A stretch of DNA of 64,000 nt from Bugula neritina (lineage: Eukaryota; Animalia; Bryozoa): contig OZ037765.1 in the NCBI GenBank assembly GCA_964035545.1, positions 1,178,001 to 1,242,000 of the forward strand, given 5' to 3'. Below the pieces are notes generated by a model, which did not search any database, was not told the origin of the DNA, and saw nothing but the letters and a program-made list of their open reading frames with translations. Of the stretch, positions 1 to 13,700 are shown one piece after another. How positions within the stretch are numbered: position 1 is the stretch's first letter; every line of letters begins with the position of its first letter. The position numbers and the translations under genes are program-made.

Positions 1-383
1 ATATACACCTTGATATACACACCTTGATATACACACCTTGATATATACACCTTGATATATACACCTTGATATATACACCTTGATATACACACCTTGATAT
101 ACACACCTTGATATACACACCTTGATATACACACCTTGATATACACACCTTGATATATACACCTTGATATATACACCTTGATATACACACCTTGATATAC
201 ACACCTTGATATACACACCTTGATATATACACCTTGATATACACACCTTGATATATACACCTTGATATATACACCTTGATATATACACCTTGATATATAC
301 ACCTTGATATACACACCTTGATATACACACCTTGATATATACACCTTGATATATACACCTTGATATATACACCTTGATATATA
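1..383. repeat. 14-bp minisatellite ATATAYACACCTTG (SHC intron)
   Basis: About 27 near-perfect copies. Confidence 0.97.
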
Positions 384-1028
384 CTAGTAACTAACCACAG
401 GCAAGCTATATCTTAGCTCCACCCTGCCTTATCTCAACGTCTTCCTATATTATACATACAATAATTATTCATAGCACCTCCTAATTACCTCAGTATACTA
501 TACCTCATGCTTGTCTATACTTTATACTAAATTAATTAACATTTCTAAAGGTTCCATTCAGTAAAACTATTTATCTAAACAGATGTGCTACGCCCTTGAT
601 GACTGTGTGAAAATATAACATCATCACATGTGTGCAGCTGAAATACTAGTTTATGTTTCGTCTTATTGATAGACAAACAGACAGACTTCCTTTCTCCTGA
701 TTCCCAAACAACAAGTTGAGAGAATTGCTGAAGCAATGTTCAGTCAATGTTTCTTCTCTCGAGTTATGAAGAAATTTTTGTAATTTTGCTGGAAATGACT
801 CAACAAAATTATTTGGCAAACTTTTGTAATCACAATATTTTGTAATTCTATTTCAAGTCAACTTATATAAAGGCGTAGAACTGATATTTCTCTACCCATA
901 TAGAGTTGTGTTATATGAACTTGTCTTGAATTATTGTATACCTGCTATCAACTTGTGCTATTAATATCTGTTAGCCAATCAAATACCTGCTAGAGTTTCG
1001 TACAGGAAGTAACGTGTGTACATTACAG

Positions 1029-2613
1029 GAAACAGCTGACTTTGTGGCGTACGTAGCGAAAGATGCAACCAATAAAAGAGCTTGTCATGTGATCGAGTGT
1101 GACGGAGGTATTGCCTCTGATGTCATCATAACTATCGGTAAGGGAATATAACTTCCTCCCACATTAGAGAACACCTCAGCTCTGTTTCAGTGTTTCCTCA
1201 CACAAGAGCTACTCTATAATTCGTCTGCTTTTGGTATTTTCAGCGCAAGCCTTCGAGCTTCGATACAAACAGATGTTGAAGAGAAAGCAGCACCCAGTGG
1301 TTGTACCTGACAGGTGTGTAGATGCTACAGTTTGTCTGTTAGTCTGTCTGTTAGTCCCTCTTAGTATTCTCACAAGTTAGAGGATACAGTGTAGCCTCAG
1401 TTCTCTGTTGCAGGCAGGTGAATGTAGAGGAGGAGTCAGCATGGGGCGATGAAGAACCGACGTATTACAACGAAGGAGTGGATATAGAAACCATCCGACA
1501 AGAGAGGGACTCTCAGATACCCCCGCCTATTCCGCCCCTGCCAGACCACTACTCCTCCCGTCCCTCCAACCTGCCGGTGGCGGTGCCGGCGCCACCCGGC
1601 TCGCCCGCCCCTGTCACCGCGGCGACCAACAAGTCCAGCCCACTGTACGAGAACACCGAAACTGTGCCCACTGAGAACGCCTACTCTTTAGCTGAAGAGA
1701 TAAAATCAGATGACAACTCTCCCAGACACGAGCCCTGGTTCCACGGGAAACTAACCCGGCACGATGTGAGTGCAGCTGTTTTCTCTCTGTAGACATCAGT
1801 GTTTGTAACTGCAAGACACGTGCTCCATTATTTCTATTTTTTACCTCTTTTGAAACTAGTTTAGAAAGTTACTGAATTTACCCAACATAAAGATATATCT
1901 CTCCTGTGATACAGACAAGGTTTGCTCTGTCTGTACACTGAGTTTCTGTTTTCATGTGAAGGCGGAGAAGTTGCTGACTGCTGACGGAGAGTTCCTGGTT
2001 CGGGAGAGTTCTAATAAAGTTGGCCAGTTCGTGTTGAGTGGCATGAAGAACGGCATCGTTGTTCATCTGCTGCTGGTTGACCCCGAGGGCGTGGTGAGTC
2101 ATAGTACTGCTACTCGTATAGTCTGTATATCTCTACTGCTACGTCGTATAGTCTCTATATCTCTACTACTACGTCGTATAGTATGTATTGGTATAGTACT
2201 GTGTTTGACATATAAATATACCAAACACACCAGTAACTAAGTGTTTACATGGTGAGACAATTTCTATTCAATCTATTGAGAGGATAACTCTAAAGGATAC
2301 TTTGTAGCTATAACCACTTTGGACTATATTCTTATTTTAATGTCAGTTTTAGACTGAAAAATCTTTTTTAAATGGAGTTAAATATAAAATTGTTATTAAG
2401 TTTTGTATGTCAACTTTAATGCTAGCTAATAAATAGTTTTTACTGTTTATTATCTCAAGCTAATTTTTAGCCTGGGTTCTCACTTTGCAGGTGCGCACTA
2501 AAGACAGGACGTTTGACAACGTGTCCCACCTCATATCCTATCATAAGGACAATCTGGTGCCGATTCTATCACAGGAGATAGAGTTGTACCTCAGCTCCCC
2601 AATACTCAAGTAG
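1029..2613 (+). CDS. SHC1: SHC-family adaptor protein (PTB-CH1-SH2), 3' part; the 5' exons lie upstream of the window
   Basis: Exons ~1029-1137, 1244-1313, 1414-1765, 1962-2093, 2491-2613 (TAG). PTB C-terminus [24 protein letters not shown]...[11 protein letters not shown]1 motifs YYNE and YEN, SH2 domain [10 protein letters not shown]...GEFLVRES...[18 protein letters not shown]. Confidence 0.93.
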
Positions 2614-3453
2614 TCGGGTGCTCAGGCTATGATGTGTATAGTGTGAGTCACTCACTCTGCCAACAACCATATATTCTATCTACTGCTACTTTCTTATGCT
2701 CTGTGACGACTACTTACAGAATACAACAGGCTGAGCTTCTCAGTCTAAATGTTGTTTCAATGTAGTCTTTTTGTAGAAAGAACAACCACTGGTTTGAAAT
2801 AAATTCTTGACCTGTTATTATGAAAGAATTATTTTAGAAATCGTGTAATTTATAAGTATTATAAATGTTATGCAGTTTATTAGTATATTTCATCATTCAA
2901 CTTGTTATCATTATTATTTTGTTATTTTTAGCATAGCCAAACTATCTATGCATTATATTGATAATCATTTTGGTAAATTTTTATTCTAGTATTACATGCC
3001 TGATTTTACTATAAATATTATGTCAAATAATCGGTAATTCTGTCTTTTTAATTATTATATTTTCATCCATTTTTCCTTCTCCAATTTTGTAATATTGTGG
3101 ATGCATTAAATAACCAAAGATCTGAAATTTGTGGGTGTTGCATACAATTTTAACTTTTATATCGCGTTCAGGATTGTCTTTTTCTACCGTTTATATGCTT
3201 TAATAAATTATTTGCACTACATTCTCTCCCTGTCTATTCAATTTCATTGGCTATATACGTGGTTTGATTAGCACTTTTGTACAAGGAAAGATAATTCTCA
3301 ATAAAGTAGTAAAGTCGTGACCTGGCAATAGCCTAAATTCTTGTACAAACGAACGCAGCTCTTTTTGAGCGAGTATCACTGACCTCCTTGCTTGAGTAGG
3401 GATTCAGTCTTGAACCGCGTAAACATAAAGGGCCGAAAGGTCAAAGGACGGTA

Positions 3454-5153
3454 ATGGCTTCCAAAGGCGTTTCTAGGTTTGTCGAAGTGGGAAAGAAAAT
3501 AGTGGCTGTTGGACGAAATTACAGGTTTGTAGAACTACATAAATGAAACTGTTTGGCACACTATTTTAAATTTATTTGTTTTAAGCTCAGATATATATAT
3601 TTCACTATCACGTATTAACTATTATCATTGTGAATATGATAAATATTATTATTAATTATCACTTGACTTTGTCAGTTTGTGTGTTCAATCCGAGTGTCAC
3701 GTATACTTATTACTTATTAATTATTACTATAATGCAAATACTAATTAATCCTACATATTTATTATTGTTATATTTAAATAAATTTTTTGCTTGTTCAATT
3801 TTATGCTGAAAATATATGTTGATGAATAAGTCATTAATTTATAATTCAATAGCACACTTTTTTGTTGAACTGCAACTATGCCTTAGAGTTGGGAAGTTTC
3901 TTTCCCCACTAGTTGAACTTTTAGTTTTGTTCAGTATATTAATATTTATATCAACATTAGAGCAAGTACATAAATTTATTTGTTCGAAGTCAAAATAGTT
4001 CACAATGTTGAGAAATTGAGTTGGCATCACTTCAAATCATAATGTCAATCAGTCTGTGCTAATGGCAGTTTAGTCAACTTTTCTAATGATAATTTGGTTT
4101 AATAGCTAAACAAATTTCAGTAATCAATGTAAATTTTATTATGCTTGTTTATTGCATTTTTGTATTAGAAATTATATAAGCAACATTTTTTGCAGTGAAC
4201 ATGCAAAGGAGCTTGGAAACGCCGTACCTTCTGAGCCAATTCTGTTTTTAAAGCCAACAACTTCGTACATAACAGCTGGCAGAAAAATTGAGGTATGAAT
4301 CATAATTATATACATTGAATAATTTACTATGAGCAGCTTATATAGAGGTACAAGTCTCAAATACGAAGTCCTGGGCAGCCAAAGAACTGCGGAGACAGTT
4401 CCCTCTGAGACTATAGCAGTAAAATTGTGAGTCTGGTGATTTGAATTTGCCAGATCTCTATAATTATATTTAGTTAGTCAAAAAGTTATTGCATCGATCT
4501 GAAAAAATTTGTAATTTATTTTGTTTGAGAATTGACTATAACTTACAAGTTACAATTTGGGACTTGCGTTTGTTTGGAATCTATTAGTTAAATTGAGTGA
4601 AAATGTGCATATAATCTTGAATTTGTTGAGGTTTCTGTAGAATGCAATGTGTAATTTTATTGCTTAGCTACCCAAAGGCGCCACAGAACTGCACCATGAA
4701 GTAGAGCTAGGGGTGGTGATCGGTAAGAAGTGTAAAGACATATCACCATCAGCTGTGACTGACCACATTGCCGGATATACGGTCGCTCTTGACATGACTG
4801 ATCGAGAAAAGCAGACGGAGTTGAAGGACAAAAAGTTGCCGTGGGCCGTCTCCAAGGGGTTTGACACATCTTGCCCCGTAGGGGAGTTTGTGCCAAAGTC
4901 AGATTTGACAAAAGATGTGCAGGAATTAGGAATATGGCTGAAGGTAAATGGCGAGCTGAAACAGAATGGCAATACTAAAGACATGCTGTTTTCTGTGGCC
5001 GATTTAATTAGTCATATTAGTGGTATATTCACTCTAGAGCCTGGGGACCTGGTGTTGACAGGAACGCCTTCAGGGGTGGGTCCCGTCACATCCGGAGATG
5101 TGATTACAGCTGGAGTCGAAGGTTGCCCTGATATTGAGTTTACTGTCCAATAG
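3454..5153 (+). CDS. FAHD1: Fumarylacetoacetate hydrolase domain-containing protein 1 (acylpyruvase/oxaloacetate decarboxylase)
   Basis: Exons 3454-3524, 4196-4292, 4668-5153 join in frame. Motifs GKKIVAVGRNY, HAKELGN, PILFLKP, LHHEVELGVVIGK, LPWAVSKGFDTSCP, TLEPGDLVLTGTPSGVG. Confidence 0.95.
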
Positions 5154-5741
5154 AGGGCTTCAACTGAAGTAGAGTATCAGCTATTCTTTCATATTGTTAC
5201 TATGGTTACTATCTATAATGCAGTTTTTATTTACTTTTTGAAATAAAGATTTATTTTAAAACTTTCTTAAAAAAACAACTACTTTGACTTCTGAAATAAA
5301 ACATTAGATTCTACCAAAAAGACAATAGTAAAGTTTATTATTGTTGATTAAATGTGGACTACAGACAGTTGAGTTACGAAGACACACATACTATACTATT
5401 ATACTATACATGTATACTATGTTTACTAATATTTCATTTTATTATTCAATAGTTGAAAAGATAAAAGTCAAATAAAATAAAAATAGATAAAAGGAATAAA
5501 ATTAGCTAGATTGTCTATAATTGTAAGTATATTAAAGTATAGCATCATATTATAGTTTAGAAGTAAAATGTGCAACACTAAAAGAAACTAGAATAGTAAA
5601 ACAGGACATGAAACTTCAATTTTTGTAAACATAAAAGGTAGACATTCAGTATAAAATGGAATGCTGAAGAGAAAGGTAAACACTTGTCTATATAAAATGC
5701 AGTGTTTGCTGTAAAACATGTTTCATAGATACTTTTATGCT

Positions 5742-8700
5742 TCATATTCCTTGTAAAAGGTCATCAATAAGTGAGTCATCAACAGAGCTAGGAGTTGCCT
5801 TCTGCTTTCTAGTAGGTCTAGCCTTAGGTACTACATCTGGTGGGGCTGCCTTCACTGTGCTTCTCCTACAACAGATTTGGTGTAGTTTGTAATAGTAAAA
5901 GAATATTGCTGAATCCTATGCTATGTGTAGAGGTCGTGAATGCACAGAGGGGTGACACATTCAAACTTAGACTAAAACTCACACAATATTATAATAACGA
6001 TTCAACGAAGCTTTACTGTCTATTAGAAATTATTGACTTACAAAACTAAAAGCAATAAACAAAGTAAGAAGTTAAGTTTTAAAAAAGATTAACAGATACT
6101 CAACTAGACTCGAACCTTTTAACTGGACTCTTTTGTTTAGCAGACGCTGCTGCAGTGGGCGTGGCCCCGGTAAGTAGGTCATCTAACAGGGCTTCTGTGT
6201 CAATCTTCTTAATGGGCGTGGTCAACACGTCTCTACTCTTTATGGGCGGAGAGTCAGTGCTAAGCTCTTTGCTAGCTGATACCATAGCGTGTGAAACCTC
6301 TGCACCAGGTGAAGGTTCAGCTGCACCGTCAGTTTCCTTCTGTTCTTTATTCAGAACCTAAGCCAATGCCAAAGATGAGATTTAGCAATTAACATGCAGG
6401 TAAAACATTTCAAGCTTGCACACAAAATTTACTAATTTTTCATCAATACATCAGAATACTATGGGTAGGTTAATGCTACGCTCTTGATTGGTGCGGTTTT
6501 CATTTGCATTAGAGGTTGAAAATTTGCCAGCAAAAAGTTGTAAAATCAACTAAACATAACACTATGCTCTAATAATAGTCATAACAAAACCTTGGACAAT
6601 AGAAAACATGATCAAATTAAAAACGACTATCCATATGCAATAAAAAATTATAAAAATTAATCTCAACAATACATGGCTATGATTTGTTGTAAACAACTTA
6701 CTAATTGTGGAGTTGTCTCATCAACATCAGTTGCCTCATCATCTGAGCTTCTACAACAGGAGTACATGAGAAAATAACTCCATGTATATTGTTCTTTTGA
6801 TCAGGAAATTTATGTTTATTCGAGTCATTTTAAGGAAAGAGTTGGTATGCTAAAGACTTAAAGTATTCTAAAGTTAGAGGAACTTGTAGCTTTAATAGAA
6901 CTCAAGATTCAAAGTATTTTAGATGTAAGAGAAAAACTGGCATTCAGCTAAACTCCTAAGACGTGAGCAACAGAAGCAGACGACAATGTATGAAGCAGAA
7001 GACAATGAATGAAGCAGAAGACAATGAATGAAGCAGAAGGTGAATGAGCCACACAACTACTCACTGACTGAGTATTTTACTACGTTTCCTGGTTGGTACA
7101 GAGTTGTCTTCTATGTCGGTGCTGCCTCCTGAGTCATACTTCACTTCAGTGGGTTTCTGCTGCCGCCGCTTGGCAGCTACGCAGGCAGAGACCGGCGACT
7201 TGGCAGCGCGTCTTGACGCTGCTTTACCGCCCCGACCTCGTCTAGCCGGAGCTTGGCTCGTTTCTTTCACTTCCTGTGTGGGTACCGCTGATTCTGAGGC
7301 TAAACTTAGCTTGAGATTCTCACCTGCAGATACAAATGACTTGAGGTGACAATTTACCTGAGTGCTGACTCTATAGGTACAGCTGGCTAGACTATATATA
7401 CTGATATATATATTAAATGAAACATTTGCTCTCTGAAGAATGAGAGTAGATCCTTACATTGATCTTGAAGCTCTCGGATTTTTCTTTTCTTCTCGTTCAA
7501 AACAGCCACAAACTAAAAAGTTGAGTTAAAGAGTAGAGTTGATATGCAGATATTGACAAGAAGGAGAAGTACATTCAACATTTAACTGAGAGGTAAGTAA
7601 AACAGTTTAGCTTACATTAGTGTAGAGGACCTTCTCACATTGTTCCTGTACAGTGACAAACTTGTCCAGTTTCTGTAACAAAATATTTCCATTATAGTTT
7701 ACTACTAGCTGTATATTTACTACTAGCTGTATATTCACTACTACTAGCTGTATATTTACTACTACTAGCTGTATATTTACTACTACTAGCTGTATATTTA
7801 CTACTACTAGTTGTATATTCACTACTACTAGCTGTATATTTACTACTACTAGCTGTATATTTACTACTAGATGTATATTCACTACTACTAGCTGTATATT
7901 TACTACTACTAGCTGTATATTTACTACTACTAGCTGTATATTTACTACTACTAGCTGTATATTTACTACTAGATGTATATTTACTACTAGCTGTATATTC
8001 ACTACTACTAGCTGTATATTTACTACTACTAGCTGTATATTTACTACTACTAGCTGTATATTTACTACTACTAGTTGTATATTCACTACTACTAGCTGTA
8101 TATTTACTACTACTAGCTGTATATTTACTACTAGATGTATATTTACTACTACTAGCTGTATATTTACTACTACTAGCTGTATATTTACTACTAGCTGTAT
8201 ATTTACTAATAGCTGTATACTTACTACTACTAACTCTATATTTACTACTAGCTGTATATTCACTACTACTACTACTGTATATTCACTACTACTAGCTGTA
8301 TATTCACTACTACTAGCTGTATATTTACTACTACTAGCTGTATATTCACTACTACTACTACTGTATATTCACTACTACTAGCTGTATATTCACTACTACT
8401 AGCTGTATATTTACTACTACTAGCTGTATATTCACTACTACTGTATATTTACTACTACTAGCTGTATATTTACTACTACTAGCTGTATATTTACTACTAC
8501 TGTATATTCACTACTACTAGCTGTATATTTAATACTAGCTGTATATTCACTACTACTAGCTGTATATTCACTACTACTAGCTGTATATTCACTACTACTA
8601 GTTGTATATTCACTACTACTAGCTGTATACTTACTACTAGCTGTATATTCGCTCACCTGACAAGCCAGCTTTGCACATTTCTTGTCTTCTTCACTCTGCA

Positions 8701-10036
8701 GATAGCACTTATCTGCTTCCTGTTTACTCTTTCTAGTCACAGATAACAGCGAGTCAAACATCCTGCAATAGACTGGGGCTCTTTCAGACTCCGGAAGGGG
8801 ACGCATCTCAAGGGTCCCGAGTCTAAACTTCAACATTTAGAATAAAAATTAAAGTTTTGTCAACAAACATTAAAACTAGTTATTATCAAATGTATTGTCC
8901 CAGTGCTCTTGTTTATATAAATTCCACTATTTCAAAACATAACAAATTAAACATTTGTCTGATACACTGAGAGATATACCACAGCAGTATGTTTAGTGTG
9001 GTGAGGATGTATTGATATACAAAGATCAAGTAGAACGTATCATTACTAAATACCGGAATTTACAAATCAACAAAATAATTTGAAATACTAAAACTAGTTT
9101 GGTGAAGTTTAAACCAAAAGGTTTCGAAACAGCATTTCATAATTTCAAACTGCATTTAAAAAGTTATTGAAACTCAATAAACATTTTAATATGTTTTGCC
9201 GAATTTATTTTCTCAAGCCTTGCAAGCTTATTTAAAAATTAAACAATTTTTCATTGTTGATCTGTTAGCCTACTAGATACAAATATACCCATATCATGGT
9301 GACTCATATCATGATGACTCATATCATGATGACTCACAGTCTTATTATCATTCGGTAGATACTCGCTCCAGAAAAAACAGTCCTTGCCTTTAGAACTCGC
9401 TGTCAATGTGTACTTCAATATTTTACTATCGTCTGCTTTCTGAAGGTTGAACGCCATTTTAAACAAATCTAAAAACTCTTGAGGAGAATATGAAGAGCCG
9501 ACGGCCATATCTGTCAGGAGATCTTCACTGACTGAAAGCAAACAGCAGTTTCTGGGTGTCTTAATGTGTAAAATTTGCAAATGAAAAATCTAAATATCTC
9601 AGCAAGCTAAAAAGTTCGATATTTAAATAATATCTAGCTTTTTTAGTACTCAATTTTTAGAACAGTTACTCGAAAGACCAAACCTGTCATTTGTGAAAAA
9701 GCAAAAATAATAAAATTACAAACAGATATGACTAGACTAAACTAGACTCCACTACAAAAACATATGCTATAAAATAGATTGCTAAATTTTTAAATTATAT
9801 AGACAAGCTTGAAGAATTCTTTAGTAGAAAAATGTTGCGAAATTGATAGTTGAGATGACAACTAGCCAAACAAAGCTCTTAACATATTCCATATTCTCAC
9901 CTTCTGCATCGTATACTGTGACTCCATCAGTAAGAATTAGACTCCAGCCTGATTTGCTTTCCAACTCAACACCTTTAATCGAGAAATATAAACTCCGGCC
10001 ATCTTCTAGTTCAATCTTTGAACAACATTCTTCCAT
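5742..10036 (-). CDS. XRCC4: DNA repair protein XRCC4 (non-homologous end joining)
   Basis: Exons ~10036-9901, 9531-9338, 8827-8657, 7672-7616, 7512-7458, then ~7327-7066, ~6750-6700, ~6358-6115, 5865-5742. Head-domain motifs WSLILTDG and FRLG, stalk motif LYTNFVAVLNEKKRKIREL, and a disordered basic/acidic tail. The 3' exon boundaries are less certain. Confidence 0.88.
7699..8650. repeat. 18/21-bp minisatellite (ACT)ACTACTAGCTGTATATTY filling an XRCC4 intron
   Basis: Runs almost from the donor to the acceptor. Confidence 0.97.
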
Positions 10037-10199
10037 TCCTGTCAAAATAAAACATGTAAATAGTGAAATACATACATATTGTTCTAAAATATAATTCATT
10101 AACTGTAATTACATGCTAATGATTATAAAATACTAGTTTTCAAGCTGAGAATAAAAGATTTTTTCTGCTTTTCATATTCATAATCATTTTAGACGAGCG

Positions 10200-10788
10200 A
10201 GACTCAGACTGGGTAGTCCATTGGGCTTGGCATTACACTTTACAGTTTAAGTTACTAATAGTAATAGTAATTATTAATTGCGAAATTGTAAAAGAGTATA
10301 ATACAGTTTCAAACTTCACATTAAACTAAACAAAATGATAAACGGCAAATCAGCCTAACCTTCAAAAAGCCTGAAAAACAGCAGGAGCTTTTGAAAAAAA
10401 CTAAAAAAACTAAACCCACTATAAAACTTTGGGCTTGGCAGAAATTGTTTTGGGAGAAACGGAAATAAATTTTACAAAGAATATTGCGGCATTTTGTTTT
10501 TAATTTATCATAATAATTTAAATAATGTTTAAATTTATTTAATTTTTTAATTTTAAATTATGTTTACAATAAAAATTAATAATGTTACAAATAACGTAGA
10601 AATAATGCTTTGTCGTACCTGACAACAGCATTATGTTCCTTAGAGTTCCGGTTTACAAGACGATGAGCACAAATGAGAAAGATATTTTTCAAGGCATCAT
10701 TGCTTGCAACTACCTCGGTGCCTATATTTTATCGTTGACTGTGTTGTTGTTATGAGCACATGAGTTGAAAATTAAAAACACTGTCTTC
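10200..10788. promoter_or_regulatory. Divergent promoter region XRCC4/ZSWIM2
   Basis: The ATGs are ~750 bp apart, head to head. The XRCC4 ATG sits directly behind an acceptor, implying a non-coding first exon within this interval. Confidence 0.5.
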
Positions 10789-13700
10789 ATGGCTAGAAGT
10801 GTTCAGTGGCGCAGAACTGTCAGTGATACTACCTCTTGGAGACAAGATCAAGGTCTTGCTGCTACAATTTTTATCGTCAGGGAAATTGGTCCAACTGGAT
10901 TTCTTTTAAAGGAAGAAGGATTTAAGCCGTGCAGGGTGAGTGTCAATTTATTATCAATTTAATGAATTCATAGTTTATAAAGCTATAATGCCTAAATGTT
11001 ATATAAATATATGCATTTGATTTTTAAAATGCCAATCACTAGGTTGAATTTGAGTGATTTCTACCACTAGTATTTAAATTTCATTTTAGTATTTAAAAAT
11101 AAAACTAATTGTATTATGGTTGCTACAATATTGTATTTATATAATATCATTATAAATTTTTTTTAATTTTAAAAAGTTAATTCTTTTATATTTTTGATGT
11201 TGTTTAGCATTCAATTTTCATTAAACAAAATTAGCTGTCAGTGTGCTGAAAATTCAATTTGAGCATGACTTCTTGGGCATGTACTTGACTACTAATTGCA
11301 TATTTACTCTTAGAACGAGTACAAGCTCAATTTGTAAATTTCATTTCTTGAGCAGGTATAAAATAATGTTCTAGAGTCTAGCTAGTATTAGGCTTATGTG
11401 GTGATTGTTTAAAGGGTATATTTTAGCCTTTATTTGTTTCACAAACAAACCCAAACTTGCAGAAACTCTGTTATATATTAAGCCTAAAGTATGTTTTTAA
11501 TATTAGAATAAAAAGCACTGATATCTATATTGGTTGCTCTTACAATTATGCAAATACTTTTTAGGTTCTTCTTGGAGATCCTCATTCTTGCACATGTTCA
11601 GGGTTTAGAAGTGAGCAAAATGAACTCTGTAAGCATATTTGTTGGGTTTTATTAAAGAAGTTTCGAGTTCCACGAGAGGATGCAACGAGTTGGCAGTTAG
11701 GTCTAGTAGAGCGAGAGATAAACACTCTTTTACAGGGAGAACAGAAACGGCGTAATGCTATCAGGTATTTGGGCTAAAGTTTCATCAATACATTTTGACG
11801 CAACCTGTCATATCTTGGTATGTCATGTAATGTATATCTATCTTTAGAAATCGGCCGGAAACCCCTAGACAAGCGGTGAGTAATTTACCGTCTAAAGATG
11901 GCCGCCCAGCCTTGGAGCAAAGAGAGATTTCTGAGGAAGACACATGCCCGATCTGTATGGAGGAACTCTTAGCTAAACGTGAACCTGTCACTTACTGCAA
12001 GTATGACTTTTTCATCCAATCCAAGTCTGTTTTGAGTTTAGAGTTTCATAAATGATATACGTTTTATTTATATTTTTAATTATTCATGTTTTGCAATTCC
12101 CGAAAAGAGCTGTACTTGTCGTCAATATATGAGAACTAAAATCTCTACCTTCATTATTTTGAAATTAAAACATCTAGCTAATATGAACATTGAGCTAGTT
12201 TTTACCTTATTACTAACAGATACAGCTGTGCCAATAGCATTCACATAAAGTGTATGAAAGTGTGGGCAGAGCATCAAACGTCTGCTGGAGAAAAAGCTAT
12301 CAAGTGTCCATATTGTCGGGAAGATTTTGGCCCCCTGGAGTATTTACGGGAAGAATATAAAAACACTGTAGTTCCTGGTTTGCGTAGACCTAGAGTTGTT
12401 GAACATAATGGTACGCTATGTCGGGGGTGCAATCAAAGTCCCATACAAGGGAAATGTTATAGGTAAGTGTGCAGCACTGCAACTTTGAGATTTCATAATT
12501 ATGGTTAAATGTAGATTAACTTTAAAAAAAAACTGTAAATTTATTTTGAATTTTTTAAATTTAATTTAATGAAAGAATTTAAAGTGGTTATGAAACTAAG
12601 TTATTTTATAGTTTCAAAGTACAAATTAATTTTCTTAATTGGAAAATTATTATTCAAAAAGACTTTTGATTTTTATTCTGTATTTTCTTGTTTCCCTATT
12701 TTTTACTACAGGTGTACACGATGCAATGAATATCATTTGTGCCAGAAATGTTTCAACTCATCAATTCATCCCGACCACTCTTTCGAATTTCGATCTGTAA
12801 GTGAATATATAATTAAGAATTAGTTTATTATTGCTTTTCAATACTAGAATTTTCTAATTGAGTACGTGATTTCAGTTGGCAGGTCAAAGATGGAGGGTAG
12901 CTCAGCGAGTCATAACTAATGGACTTCCTGTCCCACCAGCTCTCGTTGATAATCTGCTAAGTAGAGACATCGGGGACGGCGACTACGACTTACTTCTTCA
13001 GTTAGACAAGTAAGTCAAATGTCAAGGTTATATCTTGTACTCATCTACTACCTGACATGATTGCATCAGCTAGTAATATAATTATAGACAGGCTAATTTT
13101 TTTTTAAATTTTATAGATCAAAAAAATATATTGAATTTGTTGTCAGATTGTATATTCTATTTTTCTTTTAAATTAATAGATTCTATCAAATTTAGTCAAT
13201 TATAAAAGCAAAAACTGAATTCAACTAAATTTGCATTCATTCCACATATTTGTTTTCTCACAACGAAATCATGATCTTATTATGGGTGCCTCATATGACG
13301 TCACATCATATGCCGTGTCACATGGTGTGTCACATGACATGTTATTCTGCAGTCCATCAGCCGCACAGCTGAGTGAGGTACCAGAGTCAGTTATAAAGAA
13401 GTTCCCACTAGAGAGAGTGAGAGTTGGGAGCAGATATCTGGCACCTGGGGAGCAGTGCTGTGTCTGCCTCAGGTCCTACCAGATTGGTGACTACATTCGG
13501 AAACTGCCATGTCGACACAAAGTAAGTTTCTACATTTCAACTTAGGTTCTCAGTCAATCTTAATGAATAGTTCTTTTTGAAGAATAAAATTTCTTCAAGT
13601 TGCATCATATTCCTATGCCTGACTGTATATAAAAAATGCAGCTAAGTGAAATTATCAAGTACATATATAAAAATATAGAGAAAAACTTAAACATTGTAAG

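Noticed and set aside
7607-8263. 218-aa ORF (VVNIQL)n and the N-terminal overlap ORF at 8438
   Set aside because: Translation of an intronic minisatellite whose unit is a multiple of 3; the flanking XRCC4 exons splice across it.
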